A program made the position numbers and the translations under genes. From Patescibacteria group bacterium (GTDB lineage: Bacteria; Patescibacteriota; Minisyncoccia; UBA6257; 2-01-FULL-56-20), in the NCBI GenBank assembly GCA_024654525.1, contig JANLHI010000013.1:18036-82035 (forward strand): 64,000 nucleotides of DNA, given 5' to 3'. A model generated the notes under the pieces. That model was not told the origin of the DNA. It made no database searches and saw only the letters and a program-made list of their open reading frames with translations. Positions 8,929-18,779 of this stretch are shown here, piece after piece; the first letter of the stretch is position 1, and each line of letters begins with the position of its first letter.

Positions 8929-9888
8929 ATGAGTATTAAAAAAATATCCTCATTTGTTGCCGTGGGAATCGTGGCGTTTATGATAGGTTCCGGTGCGCGA
9001 TATCTTTCGGCGCAAACGTTTAATGCGCCCACGCAAACTCCTCCTTCGGAAAATGTTCCCGCGCCGATTAATGTGGGGAGTATTACGCAAACAAAAATAG
9101 GAGGGCTCAATCTCGAAGGCAATTTTGCTATTAAAGCGGGGTCAAGCGAGGAATGGGCTTTTGATGTGCAAAGAGGAAGTTTACGGCTTGGGTCTGCGCA
9201 AGCGTGGGGTCCCGACGGTACGGTGATGATTGGCAGTGTGCCGGAAAATTGGAGCAATCCGAGCGGTGTTGTGTTGAATATCAATGGAGGAGTTCGTATT
9301 CAAGGAGGAAACAGCGGTGATGTGCTTACCAACAAAGGAGGTGGCGTGGCAAGTTGGGAAAAGCCGGTGGCGCCTGTAACCAGTATTCTTGCAGGATCAT
9401 ATATCACAGTGACTCCTTCAGCGGGAGGAGTGGTGACGGTGAGTGCGATTCAACCCTCGGCGCCCGATGTTCCCGGATGGGTAAATCCCGGTTCGGGAAG
9501 TTCTAATCGTGTGCCGGTAGCGGATTCAAACGGAAATGTGTCGTGGCGCGTAGTACGCGCAGTGGTAAGCGGCGGAGGAAGTTCTTCTATAGATGTAAAT
9601 TCCGCATATGAATCAATCCGACAGCCCAGTGATCCCCTTCTTCATGAAAATGGAATAGACCGAGCAGTGTATCACGATTCTTCGACACTCAACCGAATAT
9701 GTGTGCAGAAAGGATATGAGCGTTATGTGGGCGGAGGAACTTTCAAAATATGGACAAGCCCGGAAGATAACGGAGTAGTGGCGTGGGGCGGTTCTCAATG
9801 GGTAAAATATGATGGGGATAATAAGGAACATGTAGAAGGAGCTATCACGTGTGAAACAACAGGAAGCGCGCGTCTTATTCTGGAGTAG
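8929..9888 (+). CDS. secreted protein, long paralog (possible fibre/adhesin-like)
   Basis: Paralogous to 8315-8905 with an extra ~120-aa C-terminal domain. Signal anchor present. Confidence 0.6.
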   Translation: MSIKKISSFVAVGIVAFMIGSGARYLSAQTFNAPTQTPPSENVPAPINVGSITQTKIGGLNLEGNFAIKAGSSEEWAFDVQRGSLRLGSAQAWGPDGTVMIGSVPENWSNPSGVVLNINGGVRIQGGNSGDVLTNKGGGVASWEKPVAPVTSILAGSYITVTPSAGGVVTVSAIQPSAPDVPGWVNPGSGSSNRVPVADSNGNVSWRVVRAVVSGGGSSSIDVNSAYESIRQPSDPLLHENGIDRAVYHDSSTLNRICVQKGYERYVGGGTFKIWTSPEDNGVVAWGGSQWVKYDGDNKEHVEGAITCETTGSARLILE

Positions 9889-9917
9889 ATAGTTTTTCTG
9901 AATATCGTAGGTATATC

Positions 9918-9948
9918 AAAAAAAACACCGGATCCCGGTGTTTTTTTG
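9918..9948. terminator. bidirectional rho-independent terminator
   Basis: ACACCGG-atc-CCGGTGT hairpin flanked by an A-run and TTTTTTT. Confidence 0.6.
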
Positions 9949-9961
9949 ATGAGTATAAATT

Positions 9962-10624
9962 TTACTGAGCGGTACTAGTAGTAATAACGATTGCCGGAGT
10001 GTAGAGCACTTGGCGGGTTACATTTGCAGTGCTTCCTAAGAAGCGTGTCCCCGTCACTTCGATAGTATTGAGTCCTTCGTGGAGCATGACGCGTTTTTCC
10101 CAATCACCTTGGTCATTCACAGGCACGGATTCGCCATTTACGGTTGCTTTCTCTCCGTACGAGAGAGAACCGCGAACCGTAATTTCCTCCGTCTCGGCGG
10201 GAGTAATGCCGCGCGGAGGATATTCCACGATGAGAAGCGGTGTACCGAAGATTGCGACAAAACGTACGCCAAGATAAATAAGTAACACCACTCCCACTCC
10301 GGCAATCCACATGGGAGCTGACGATTTTTCCTTAAACCTGTTTATGGGGAGGGCATCTGAAGATCCGGACGCCCTTACCACTCCTTCCGCTTTTAATTCG
10401 CGCCACCATGCTTCTCCGTCGAAATCAAGTACGGTACCGAGTTTATGAAGATACCCATGCACATATGGGGAAGGTGGGAGCGCCTCAAAATTCCCCGCAA
10501 TAAGGTGCTCAAGGTGGGCAATTGAAATGTTCGACATTTGAGAAAGCTTCTCAACAGTCCAGTTTTTATCGCGGACTCGTTCATGGAGAAAAGTTCCAAA
10601 TTGCTGAGGGGAAGTTTCGGTCAT
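9962..10624 (-). CDS. HTH-domain membrane protein (RodZ-like architecture)
   Basis: N-terminal XRE-type HTH (TVEKLSQMSNISIAHLEHL), one TM helix, then an extracytoplasmic domain. Confidence 0.5.
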   Translation of the reverse strand: MTETSPQQFGTFLHERVRDKNWTVEKLSQMSNISIAHLEHLIAGNFEALPPSPYVHGYLHKLGTVLDFDGEAWWRELKAEGVVRASGSSDALPINRFKEKSSAPMWIAGVGVVLLIYLGVRFVAIFGTPLLIVEYPPRGITPAETEEITVRGSLSYGEKATVNGESVPVNDQGDWEKRVMLHEGLNTIEVTGTRFLGSTANVTRQVLYTPAIVITTSTAQ

Positions 10625-10707
10625 AGTACTTATAACTTATAACGTCTTATCAATAACCGCAATCTACGCGGTAAGAGGGTATGCACGAGAATTAAGAATT
10701 ATTCCTT

Positions 10708-12849
10708 TTACGCGGGAGATTCGTTGCCCTGTTCAAACTTCTCGAAATATACATCGCGAGGTTTTGCGCCATCGCCGGGACCGATAAGTCCCCGTTCTTC
10801 CATAATATCAAGAAGACGTGCGGCGCGCGCATAGCCGACTTTCAATCGCCGTTGGAGAAGAGAGGCGGATGCCCGTTTTGCCTCAAATACCACGGTAGAT
10901 GCTTCGTCGAGAAGTTCGTCGTCATCATCATTCGCGAAATCTTCAAAATTCACCTCATTATTGGGAATGCCTCCGGGAGGAAGATTGTTATTGGAAAGAG
11001 GCATCTCTTCGCTCGGCAACGGTTCGTTATTATCACGGATAAAATCCGCGACCGCATTAATTTCCGCTTCCGAGATGTAGGATCCTTGAATACGTTTCGG
11101 TTTAGAAATGTCGGAGCTAATCATAAGAAGATCTCCGCCGCCGAGAAGTTTTTCTGCACCCGCCGTGTCAAGAATTGTCCGTGAGTCTATTTGGCTTGCG
11201 ACTTGGAGTGCGATACGGCAAGTAATGTTTGCTTTGATAAGTCCGGTAATGACTTCCACAGAGGGGCGTTGTGTGGAGAGTACCAAGTGAATACCGGTTG
11301 CACGCGCCATTTGTGCAAGGCGGACGATTGATCCTTCAACTTCGCGGCCATATGAGGTCATAAGATCGGCGAGCTCATCGACAACGATGACAAGATACGA
11401 AAGCGAATCTTCTTTGTGGGTGGAATTGTAGCTTTTAATATCCCTACACCCGGCTTTAAGGAGAATATCGTAGCGTCGATCCATTTCCGCAATCGCCCAG
11501 CGGAAAACCCCAATGGCCTTCTTGTTTTCCGTGATAACCGGAGAGATAAGGTGGGGGATGTGTTCATAGATGGAAAGTTCTACGCGTTTTGGGTCAATAA
11601 GAATGAGTTTCAACGTTGAAGGTGAATTTTTATACAAGAGAGAAATAATAAGTGAGTGGATTGTTACCGATTTCCCGGAGCCGGTGGAACCCGCAATAAG
11701 TACATGAGGCATTTTTTCTATATTGGTGAATATGGGTTCTCCTGTTACGTCGCGGCCAATAGCAAATGAAAGCAATCCTGCCGATTGAAATTCGGGATAT
11801 GTCATAAGGCTTCCTAATCGAACAAGTGCGGCTGTTTTGTTTGGAACCTCAATCCCTACGAGCGACTTTCCGGGGATTGGTGCTTCTATACGGATGGGAT
11901 GCGCGGCAAGCGAAAGCGCCAAATCTTGGTGCAGCGCGGTAATGCGCGAGAGCTTCATTCCTTCCGCGGGTTTTAATGTATAGCGGGTTACTTTGGGACC
12001 GATGTTAATTTCCCCCATTTCAACCGAGATGCCGAATGATTCAAGAGTGCGCTTGATAATGTTCGCATTTGCGCGAAGGTCTCCCGTGGTGGGTTTTTCA
12101 ATGCCGGAGAGAAGGAGAGAGAGGGGAGGAGGAGTGTAATTGCTGGGCATTGAAATCTTTGCGGTATGCGCTTTACCTGTTGGCGCTTTCATAGAGTGAG
12201 GTTCTGCAATGACAACATCCTCATCCTCTTCCTCTTTTTCGGATGGCTCTGCGGGAATCACCTGTTTTTTTCTGGGAGCTACTTCTTTTTCCTCTCCACC
12301 ATCATCAGGGAATTCTATTTCTGCTTTTGATGTATACGATTGATCTTTGTTGTGCGCAAAGAGTTTTTGGAGACGGGAAAAATTAAGGGGTATATTGGCG
12401 GCAACAAGGATTCCTACCACAAGAAATACCGTATTGAGAATAAGTGCGGCGGTGTCGCCAAAGGGGATTCTCAATGAGCCGAACACCAGTCCCACCCACC
12501 CTCCTTTTCCGGGAAGTATTATTTCGATAAGACCGAGAAGAGAAAGTAGGACAAGCGCACCCCCGAGAGAAGTAGTGGCAACGATCCTTTTTCCTTCGGA
12601 GAAGAGCAATACTCCCGATGCGAACAAAAGCGTCGCGGGAAGCACTATATATCCTGCGCCGAGAAATGTTTCAAATACCTTGTAAAGCAATACTCCCGCA
12701 GGGCCCGATTTTCCGAACTGAGCAAGGACGAGTATCGCGGCGATGCCTATGAATATGATGGCAAGAATACTTTTTTTGGTAGCATCGTGCAGACGTGATT
12801 GGAGAGATTGTTCCTCTCCATTTCGTTTTTTCGTTTTATCTCTCGACAT
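10708..12849 (-). CDS. ftsK: DNA translocase FtsK/SpoIIIE
   Basis: N-terminal TM helices, Walker A GSTGSGKSV, and a C-terminal gamma winged-helix (LLQRRLKVGYARAARLLDIMEERGLI). The ORF is open back to 12978. The start was chosen at MSRDK to avoid a divergent overlap with the next gene. Confidence 0.85.
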   Translation of the reverse strand: MSRDKTKKRNGEEQSLQSRLHDATKKSILAIIFIGIAAILVLAQFGKSGPAGVLLYKVFETFLGAGYIVLPATLLFASGVLLFSEGKRIVATTSLGGALVLLSLLGLIEIILPGKGGWVGLVFGSLRIPFGDTAALILNTVFLVVGILVAANIPLNFSRLQKLFAHNKDQSYTSKAEIEFPDDGGEEKEVAPRKKQVIPAEPSEKEEEDEDVVIAEPHSMKAPTGKAHTAKISMPSNYTPPPLSLLLSGIEKPTTGDLRANANIIKRTLESFGISVEMGEINIGPKVTRYTLKPAEGMKLSRITALHQDLALSLAAHPIRIEAPIPGKSLVGIEVPNKTAALVRLGSLMTYPEFQSAGLLSFAIGRDVTGEPIFTNIEKMPHVLIAGSTGSGKSVTIHSLIISLLYKNSPSTLKLILIDPKRVELSIYEHIPHLISPVITENKKAIGVFRWAIAEMDRRYDILLKAGCRDIKSYNSTHKEDSLSYLVIVVDELADLMTSYGREVEGSIVRLAQMARATGIHLVLSTQRPSVEVITGLIKANITCRIALQVASQIDSRTILDTAGAEKLLGGGDLLMISSDISKPKRIQGSYISEAEINAVADFIRDNNEPLPSEEMPLSNNNLPPGGIPNNEVNFEDFANDDDDELLDEASTVVFEAKRASASLLQRRLKVGYARAARLLDIMEERGLIGPGDGAKPRDVYFEKFEQGNESPA

Positions 12850-12962
12850 AGTTGGATTATGTGTAGTGTCTATATTCTCGTACAGAATCGGCAAAGTGTG
12901 AAGTGTCCGCGCATCGATGAGAATGCAGTATAATGCTATTAGCGTTATAATGCCACGAATAT

Positions 12963-14402
12963 ATGAATATAAATCCAAGAATTTTCAGAGGATATGACCT
13001 TAGGGGTCTTGTAGGGAAAGACTTGAGCCCCGAAGTTGCAGAGCATCTTGGGAGAGCATACGGGACATATATGAAGCGTCATGGAATTACACGGCTTGTG
13101 GTGGGGCGAGACTCGCGAGCGACGGGTCCTACCTACAGCGCGGCGCTTATTCAAGGACTTTTATGGACGGGCGCTGAGGTGGTTGATATTGGAATGACGC
13201 TTGTGGGGACATTTTATTGGTCTCAATACCATCTTACCTGCAAAGGAGGAGTATTTGTTTCGGCGTCTCATAATCCTCCCGAATACAACGGGTTTAAATT
13301 TGCAAATGATTTTTCCGAAACGCTTGTGAGTGATGGGATGCAGGAGTTAAGGAGAATGGTACAAGAAGAAGATTATGAAGAAGGGCCGGTGCATGGGAGT
13401 GTTGCCGTGCAAGATATACGCGAAGAATATTATCGCGATCTTCTTTCTCGTATAATGATAGGAAAAAAACTTCGAGTGGTAGTGGATGCGAGCTGTTCTA
13501 CTGCGGGGGCATTTGCGCCGGATCTTTTAAGGCGTGCGGGATGCGAGGTGATTGAGAAGAATTGCGAAGTTGACCCGTCGTTTCCTTTGGGGGTTGCCGA
13601 TCCTACGTCGTCGATAATTGCGACGCGTGTCCGCGGGGAGGTGCTTGAGGCGCATGCGGATATAGGATTTACCTATGATGCCGATGGGGACCGTATCGGT
13701 ATCGTGGATGAAAAAGGGGATATCATTTGGAATGATGTACTCACTGCAATATTTGCTACGGACGTATTACACAATCATCCGGGAGCGACAATTATGTACA
13801 ACATCCTTTGTTCCAAGACCGTCGAAGAAACCATTGTGCGGCACAGAGGAATTCCCTTCATGTGGCGCGTAGGACATTCGTTCCTCAAGAAAAAAAATCA
13901 GGAAATTGGGGCGGCGTTTATTGGTGAGCTTTCCGGGCATTTCTTTTTCTCGAAAGATTTTTACAATCATGATGACGGATTATATGCGACACTGCGACTC
14001 TTGAGTTACTTGGCGCGTACGCAACAAACATTATCGCAGGCGGTTGCCGTCTTGCCGCACTATGCTTCAAGTCCAGAAATCAAAGTGTATTGCGCAGATG
14101 AAAATAAGGAAGCATTGATAAAAAAAATAAGCCCGATACTTCGCACGGCGTATCCTGATGCGCAAGTGATTGATGATGAGCGTGCGGGTGATGGGGTGCG
14201 TCTTAATCTTCCCGATGCGATGTTTGTGGTGCGCTATTCACAGAACGGACCATACCTCACCATTAAATTTGAAGGGAAGACGAACGAAAGATATCACGAG
14301 CTCGCAAAATTTATTCACGATCTTCTGAAGAAATTTCCGGAAATAGATTGGAATTCATCTATCAACTTGAATGTGGAAGCACTCAAAGAGGAAGGCGAAT
14401 GA
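12963..14402 (+). CDS. phosphohexomutase (phosphomannomutase/phosphoglucomutase family)
   Basis: N-terminal IFRGYDLRG, active-site SASHNP and the overall alpha-D-phosphohexomutase layout. Confidence 0.85.
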   Translation: MNINPRIFRGYDLRGLVGKDLSPEVAEHLGRAYGTYMKRHGITRLVVGRDSRATGPTYSAALIQGLLWTGAEVVDIGMTLVGTFYWSQYHLTCKGGVFVSASHNPPEYNGFKFANDFSETLVSDGMQELRRMVQEEDYEEGPVHGSVAVQDIREEYYRDLLSRIMIGKKLRVVVDASCSTAGAFAPDLLRRAGCEVIEKNCEVDPSFPLGVADPTSSIIATRVRGEVLEAHADIGFTYDADGDRIGIVDEKGDIIWNDVLTAIFATDVLHNHPGATIMYNILCSKTVEETIVRHRGIPFMWRVGHSFLKKKNQEIGAAFIGELSGHFFFSKDFYNHDDGLYATLRLLSYLARTQQTLSQAVAVLPHYASSPEIKVYCADENKEALIKKISPILRTAYPDAQVIDDERAGDGVRLNLPDAMFVVRYSQNGPYLTIKFEGKTNERYHELAKFIHDLLKKFPEIDWNSSINLNVEALKEEGE

Positions 14403-14512
14403 CATGTTTTTGTTCGAAAGAGTGCTGGGGGTACAATGTGGGAAGCACTGAGGTTTATAGCCTTAGAATAATATGGCGAGTGTTGCCATAGAAATTAACA
14501 AATGGAGGTTTT

Positions 14513-14782
14513 ATGAATCTAGAGTTCATTATTAGAATAATTGCAATCTTTATCTTATATGTTGTCGTAGGAATGTTGGCGATAGGCGTAACCTTGGGCA
14601 TCGTTATTTTTATGGCATTAGGAGGATTATGGCTTGCAGAGAAATCAGGCATGAGTCTTCCTTATATTGCAGAATCATCATTTATTCCGAATCTTACGAT
14701 GACGATTGCGCTTATTTTGTATATTTCTGCGCTGGTCGCCGGGGTTATCGAAGTCAAGAAAAGAAAAAAATATGTTTTATGA
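14513..14782 (+). CDS. small membrane protein (hypothetical)
   Basis: 89-aa two-TM ORF. Its TGA stop overlaps the next gene's ATG (ATGA). Confidence 0.45.
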   Translation: MNLEFIIRIIAIFILYVVVGMLAIGVTLGIVIFMALGGLWLAEKSGMSLPYIAESSFIPNLTMTIALILYISALVAGVIEVKKRKKYVL

Positions 14783-15339
14783 GAATGATAATGCTCGCAC
14801 GGAATGTGCGGGCATTTTTATTGACGCTTGCTCTTTCGTTGGAGTATAGTGGGGATGCAATGCAAGATTTTTTCAACAGTTCTCTTGGTATGAATCTTTC
14901 CGTGCCACAGGTGGTGCGGGAGGTTATTCGTTTTATGAAAGAGGATGAGACACGGGCATATAAAGTAATTATCGGTACCGATTCGGAGAGACTTCCCGAA
15001 AACAAAGCGGACTTTGTTACGGCGATCGTGGTACACCGAATAGGAAATGGAGGAAGATATTTTTGGAAACGAGTTGAGCATGCTTCAATTCACACGCTTC
15101 GAAATCGTATTATTAAGGAAGCGCTTATGTCACTTGATATCGCAAAAGAGGTATTGATGGAGCTTAAGGCTGCATCTGCTCCGGAATTCGGTTTTGAAAT
15201 TCATGTGGATGTCGGTGAACATGGCCCGACGAAAGTGATGATTCAAGAGGTAGTGGGAATGGTTCGTGCGCACAACTTTGAGGCGAAAACAAAACCTGAA
15301 AGTTATGCGGCATCGAATGTGGCGGATAGGCACGTGTAG
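14779..15339 (+). CDS. YkuK-family RNase H-like protein (DUF458)
   Basis: YKVIIGTDSE...FVTAIVVHRIGNGGRYFWKRV and a C-terminal KPESYAASNVADRH. Assignment is from memory of the YkuK family. Confidence 0.65.
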   Translation: MRMIMLARNVRAFLLTLALSLEYSGDAMQDFFNSSLGMNLSVPQVVREVIRFMKEDETRAYKVIIGTDSERLPENKADFVTAIVVHRIGNGGRYFWKRVEHASIHTLRNRIIKEALMSLDIAKEVLMELKAASAPEFGFEIHVDVGEHGPTKVMIQEVVGMVRAHNFEAKTKPESYAASNVADRHV

Positions 15340-15429
15340 GAGTAATCGCGAATAATGCGAATCGCAGGCAAATAACACAAATGGATTTGCATTATTAAAA
15401 TCAAAATTCGCATTATTCGTGATTACTCC
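15339..15429. repeat. 24-bp near-perfect inverted repeat (large hairpin) in the intergenic region
   Basis: GGAGTAATCGCGAATAATGCGAAT (15339-15362) pairs with ATTCGCATTATTCGTGATTACTCC (15406-15429), one mismatch, ~43-nt loop. Confidence 0.7.
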
Positions 15430-15430
15430 T

Positions 15431-16015
15431 ATGGATACTTTAGTGTTCGACATAGAAACGCAAAACTTCTTTACCGATCCCGGCGTGGGGTGGGATAATT
15501 TTGAGGCGCTTAAAATTTCTGTAGTGGGGATATATTCCTATAACCAAGATAACTATATATGTCTTGAGGAGTCCGAAATGCGCGCAGTAGCCGACCTTTT
15601 TGAAGGTGCGAATCGCATCGTGGGATTCAGCATCAATAGATATGACGTTCCGGTACTCCAAGCATATTTCAATCGTTTTAAAGAAGGGGGAAAACCGGAT
15701 CTTTGGAAAAAAGACCGTGTCGACTTGCTTAAAGAAATTGAAATGGCAACAGGATCACGAATAAGCTTAAACAAAGTAGCGGAAGCGAATCTTGGAGGAG
15801 GGAAGGATAAAAAAGGATCCGAGGCTCCCGAGCTTTACCGTGCAGGGAAAATTGACGAACTCAAAGAATATTGTTTGAAGGATGTGAGACTTACGAAGGA
15901 TCTTTATGATTTGTATCGGCGGCAGGGGTTTCTTATGGTGCCGGAACGAGGGACGGGAAAATTGCGTAAGGTTACTTTTCCCGAACTTCAGGTTCCTACG
16001 GTGCGACTTTTCTAG
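15431..16015 (+). CDS. RNase H-fold 3'-5' exonuclease-like protein (YprB/PolB-exo-like)
   Basis: N-terminal LVFDIET motif and exonuclease-like spacing of acidic residues. An internal ATG start was chosen. Confidence 0.6.
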   Translation: MDTLVFDIETQNFFTDPGVGWDNFEALKISVVGIYSYNQDNYICLEESEMRAVADLFEGANRIVGFSINRYDVPVLQAYFNRFKEGGKPDLWKKDRVDLLKEIEMATGSRISLNKVAEANLGGGKDKKGSEAPELYRAGKIDELKEYCLKDVRLTKDLYDLYRRQGFLMVPERGTGKLRKVTFPELQVPTVRLF

Positions 16016-16036
16016 ATTATTGTTATAAGGAAGGAT

Positions 16037-17368
16037 ATGCGGAATGGACGCATGAGAAAGATATATTTGGATTATGCGGCGACAACCCCGATTGCCCCGG
16101 AGGTTTTGCGTGCGATGACTCCTTATTTTTCGAATATGTTCGGTAATTCGGGTTCGTTGCATGGATTCGGACAAGAAGCGGTTTCCGCAATCGATAATGC
16201 GCGAGAGGTGGTTGCTCGAATTATCAGTACGGATTTCGAAGGGGTGGTGTATACCAGTTCCGCAACAGAGGCGAATAATCTTGTATTACGAGGAGTGGTG
16301 AAAGCGTTGCGAACCACGAATCATGAATCACACGAAATTCGCAATTCAAAATTCGTTATTCGTCCTCGTATTATCATTTCCTCTTTAGAGCATGAATCGA
16401 TACAAAAAACCGCGTACGATCTTGAGAGGGAAGGATGCGAAGTTATAGAAATTCCGGTAAATTGCGAAGGAGTGATTGATATAACAAAGTTGAAACAGGC
16501 GTTGAATGAGCGAACGATACTGGTTTCGGTAATGTATGCAAACAATGAGATAGGCACGGTGCAACCAATTGCTGAAATTGCAGAGGTCATCCGCAGTTTC
16601 AGAGAAGAAAGGAATAAAAATCATGAAAAAAGAAAAAATTTTCTATTCTCTACTCCTTATTCCTTATTCCCGTTATTCCACACCGATGCGGTACAAGCAT
16701 TCCAATTTTTAGAGTGCGATATGAAGAAACTTGAAGTTGATATGATAACGCTTTCCGCTCATAAAATATATGGACCGAAGGGAGTGGGAGTACTGTGTAT
16801 ACGCAAAAAACCACACGAAGTAGGAATAAGGAATCAGGAATCAGGCATAACTTCCAATTCTCCATTTCTTATTCCAGTAATGACCGGGGGTGGGCAGGAG
16901 TTCGGATTGCGGTCAGGTACGGAAAATGTTTCCGGTATTGTGGGATTTGCCGAAGCAGTACGACGCGTAACAACAATGCGTATGCGCGAAACGCGGAGAA
17001 TTGCAAAACTTCGAGAGAAATTGTGGTGCGATATTAAGAAGATTTGTCCGAAGGTGAAAATAAATGGAATAGATGAATTCAAAATTCAAAATTCCAAATT
17101 CCGGACGTTGCCTAATATTCTGAATGTTTATTTCCCGGGGATGTACGCCGAGGAGATGTTGGTAAGATTCGGCACAATGGGAGTGGCGGTGTCTGCGGGA
17201 CCTGCGTGCAGTAGCAGGGCAACAGAGCCATCACGAATAATTCGGGCACTTGGGTATTCGGCGACGCGCGCACGGCAAAGCATCAGATTCAGTTTTGGCG
17301 CTTATACCACCGAAGATGAGATTGTTCGCGCGGGAAACGCTGTAAGAAAAATAGTGCGACAAATGTAA
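16037..17368 (+). CDS. cysteine desulfurase (class V aminotransferase, NifS/IscS-like) with low-complexity inserts
   Basis: IYLDYAATTP start, PLP-lysine SAHKIYGPKGVG and the catalytic-Cys region GPACSS. Four short inserts are encoded by heptamer repeat tracts. Confidence 0.9.
   Translation: MRNGRMRKIYLDYAATTPIAPEVLRAMTPYFSNMFGNSGSLHGFGQEAVSAIDNAREVVARIISTDFEGVVYTSSATEANNLVLRGVVKALRTTNHESHEIRNSKFVIRPRIIISSLEHESIQKTAYDLEREGCEVIEIPVNCEGVIDITKLKQALNERTILVSVMYANNEIGTVQPIAEIAEVIRSFREERNKNHEKRKNFLFSTPYSLFPLFHTDAVQAFQFLECDMKKLEVDMITLSAHKIYGPKGVGVLCIRKKPHEVGIRNQESGITSNSPFLIPVMTGGGQEFGLRSGTENVSGIVGFAEAVRRVTTMRMRETRRIAKLREKLWCDIKKICPKVKINGIDEFKIQNSKFRTLPNILNVYFPGMYAEEMLVRFGTMGVAVSAGPACSSRATEPSRIIRALGYSATRARQSIRFSFGAYTTEDEIVRAGNAVRKIVRQM
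16334..16361 (+). repeat. heptanucleotide tandem tract (NNNATTC x4) inside the coding sequence
   Basis: gaaattc gcaattc aaaattc gttattc. Similar tracts at 16641-16678, 16821-16858 (reverse orientation GGAATNA) and 17073-17105. Confidence 0.6.
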
Positions 17369-17440
17369 TAATGGTTGCGGGATGTCGGGCCTGCTCATAT
17401 AATAGAGAAGAGCTTCTCGTAGGCTCTTTTATAGAGTGTC

Positions 17441-18703
17441 ATGAAGAAAAATATTACAATTTTTGTTACAGGGCTTGCGATTGGGGCGATTTTCCTCTCT
17501 TACATGGGAGCCTCGCGGGTGCAGGCAAATTTTTTCGACGATATATTAAAGGGTGTCTCGTCACTTTTCCAACCGTCAGCGACAAGCACCTCGGAATCTG
17601 CTACAAGCATTGTTTCTTCCGAAAAAACCGTACCGCTTTATCAACCGGTTCTTGATTATGAAAAAGCAGTGATTGCTGCAGTGAAGAAAGCAGAACCGGC
17701 AGTGGTTTCTATCACTGTCACAAAGAATGTCCCAGTTATCGAGAACTGTGCATCTAATCCGTTTGGAGACCTTCCTCCTGAGTTTCAAGATTTTTTCGGA
17801 GGAATGCAATTTTTTACGCCATGTCAGAAAGGAGTGCGCTCGCAGGATGTGGGGGGAGGGAGTGGGTTTATTATTTCGGCTGACGGGATGGTAATTACAA
17901 ACAAGCACGTAGTAAGCGATGAGAAAGCGTCATACACCGTATTTATGAACGACGGAAAGAAGTATGATGCGAAGGTGCTGGCGAGAGATCCGGTACAAGA
18001 CCTCGCGATTTTAAAAATAGAAGGAATGGATTTTGCTACGGTAACTATCGGAGATTCCGATTCGGTGGAGTTGGGACAGACCGCAATCGCGATTGGAAAC
18101 GCGCTTGGGGAATTTCGGAACACCGTTTCTGTGGGAGTCATCTCGGGGCTTGCGCGTACTGTTACCGCATCGGGAGGGGGAACCGTTGAAACTATTACAG
18201 GTGTTTTTCAAACCGACACCGCAATCAATCCCGGGAATTCCGGAGGACCCCTCCTGAGTTTGAAAGGAGAAGTCATTGGCATTAACACTGCCGTGGCATC
18301 GGGTGCTCAGAACGTGGGGTTTGCAATACCCGTAAATCGAGCAAAAAGAGCAATTACATCGGTAAAAAATACCGGCGAGATACAGACTCCGTTTTTGGGA
18401 GTGCGATATGCTTCAATAACTCCCGATATCGTCAAAGAACAGAAATTGGCGGTTGAATACGGTGCGTTAGTGCGAGGATCGGAGAGTGGACCAGCGGTTA
18501 CTCCGGGATCTCCTGCGGAGAAGGCAGGAATACTTGCAGAGGATATTATTTTGGAGATTGATGGGAGGAAAGTTGACAAAGACCATAGTCTTGGAGATAT
18601 GATAGCTACTCACGAGGTGGGTGATGTGGTTGCACTTAAGATTCAACGCGGGGGGAAGGTAATTACGCTCAACGCTACGCTCGCAAAGAGACCAATCGAA
18701 TAA
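17441..18703 (+). CDS. htrA: HtrA/DegP-family serine protease with PDZ domain
   Basis: Signal peptide, catalytic GNSGGPL, trypsin-like His/Asp regions and a C-terminal PDZ domain. Confidence 0.9.
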   Translation: MKKNITIFVTGLAIGAIFLSYMGASRVQANFFDDILKGVSSLFQPSATSTSESATSIVSSEKTVPLYQPVLDYEKAVIAAVKKAEPAVVSITVTKNVPVIENCASNPFGDLPPEFQDFFGGMQFFTPCQKGVRSQDVGGGSGFIISADGMVITNKHVVSDEKASYTVFMNDGKKYDAKVLARDPVQDLAILKIEGMDFATVTIGDSDSVELGQTAIAIGNALGEFRNTVSVGVISGLARTVTASGGGTVETITGVFQTDTAINPGNSGGPLLSLKGEVIGINTAVASGAQNVGFAIPVNRAKRAITSVKNTGEIQTPFLGVRYASITPDIVKEQKLAVEYGALVRGSESGPAVTPGSPAEKAGILAEDIILEIDGRKVDKDHSLGDMIATHEVGDVVALKIQRGGKVITLNATLAKRPIE

Positions 18704-18779
18704 AATGAAAGTGCAAAAGTCAAAATATAAAGTTACGGAGTTTGCGGAACGAACAGTTTTCATTTTTTAATTTTTTATC

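Noticed and set aside
12850-12978. Upstream extension of the ftsK ORF to the first ATG at 12978.
   Set aside because: It would overlap the divergently transcribed phosphohexomutase start at 12963. The MSRDK start gives the usual short basic N-terminus before the TM helices.
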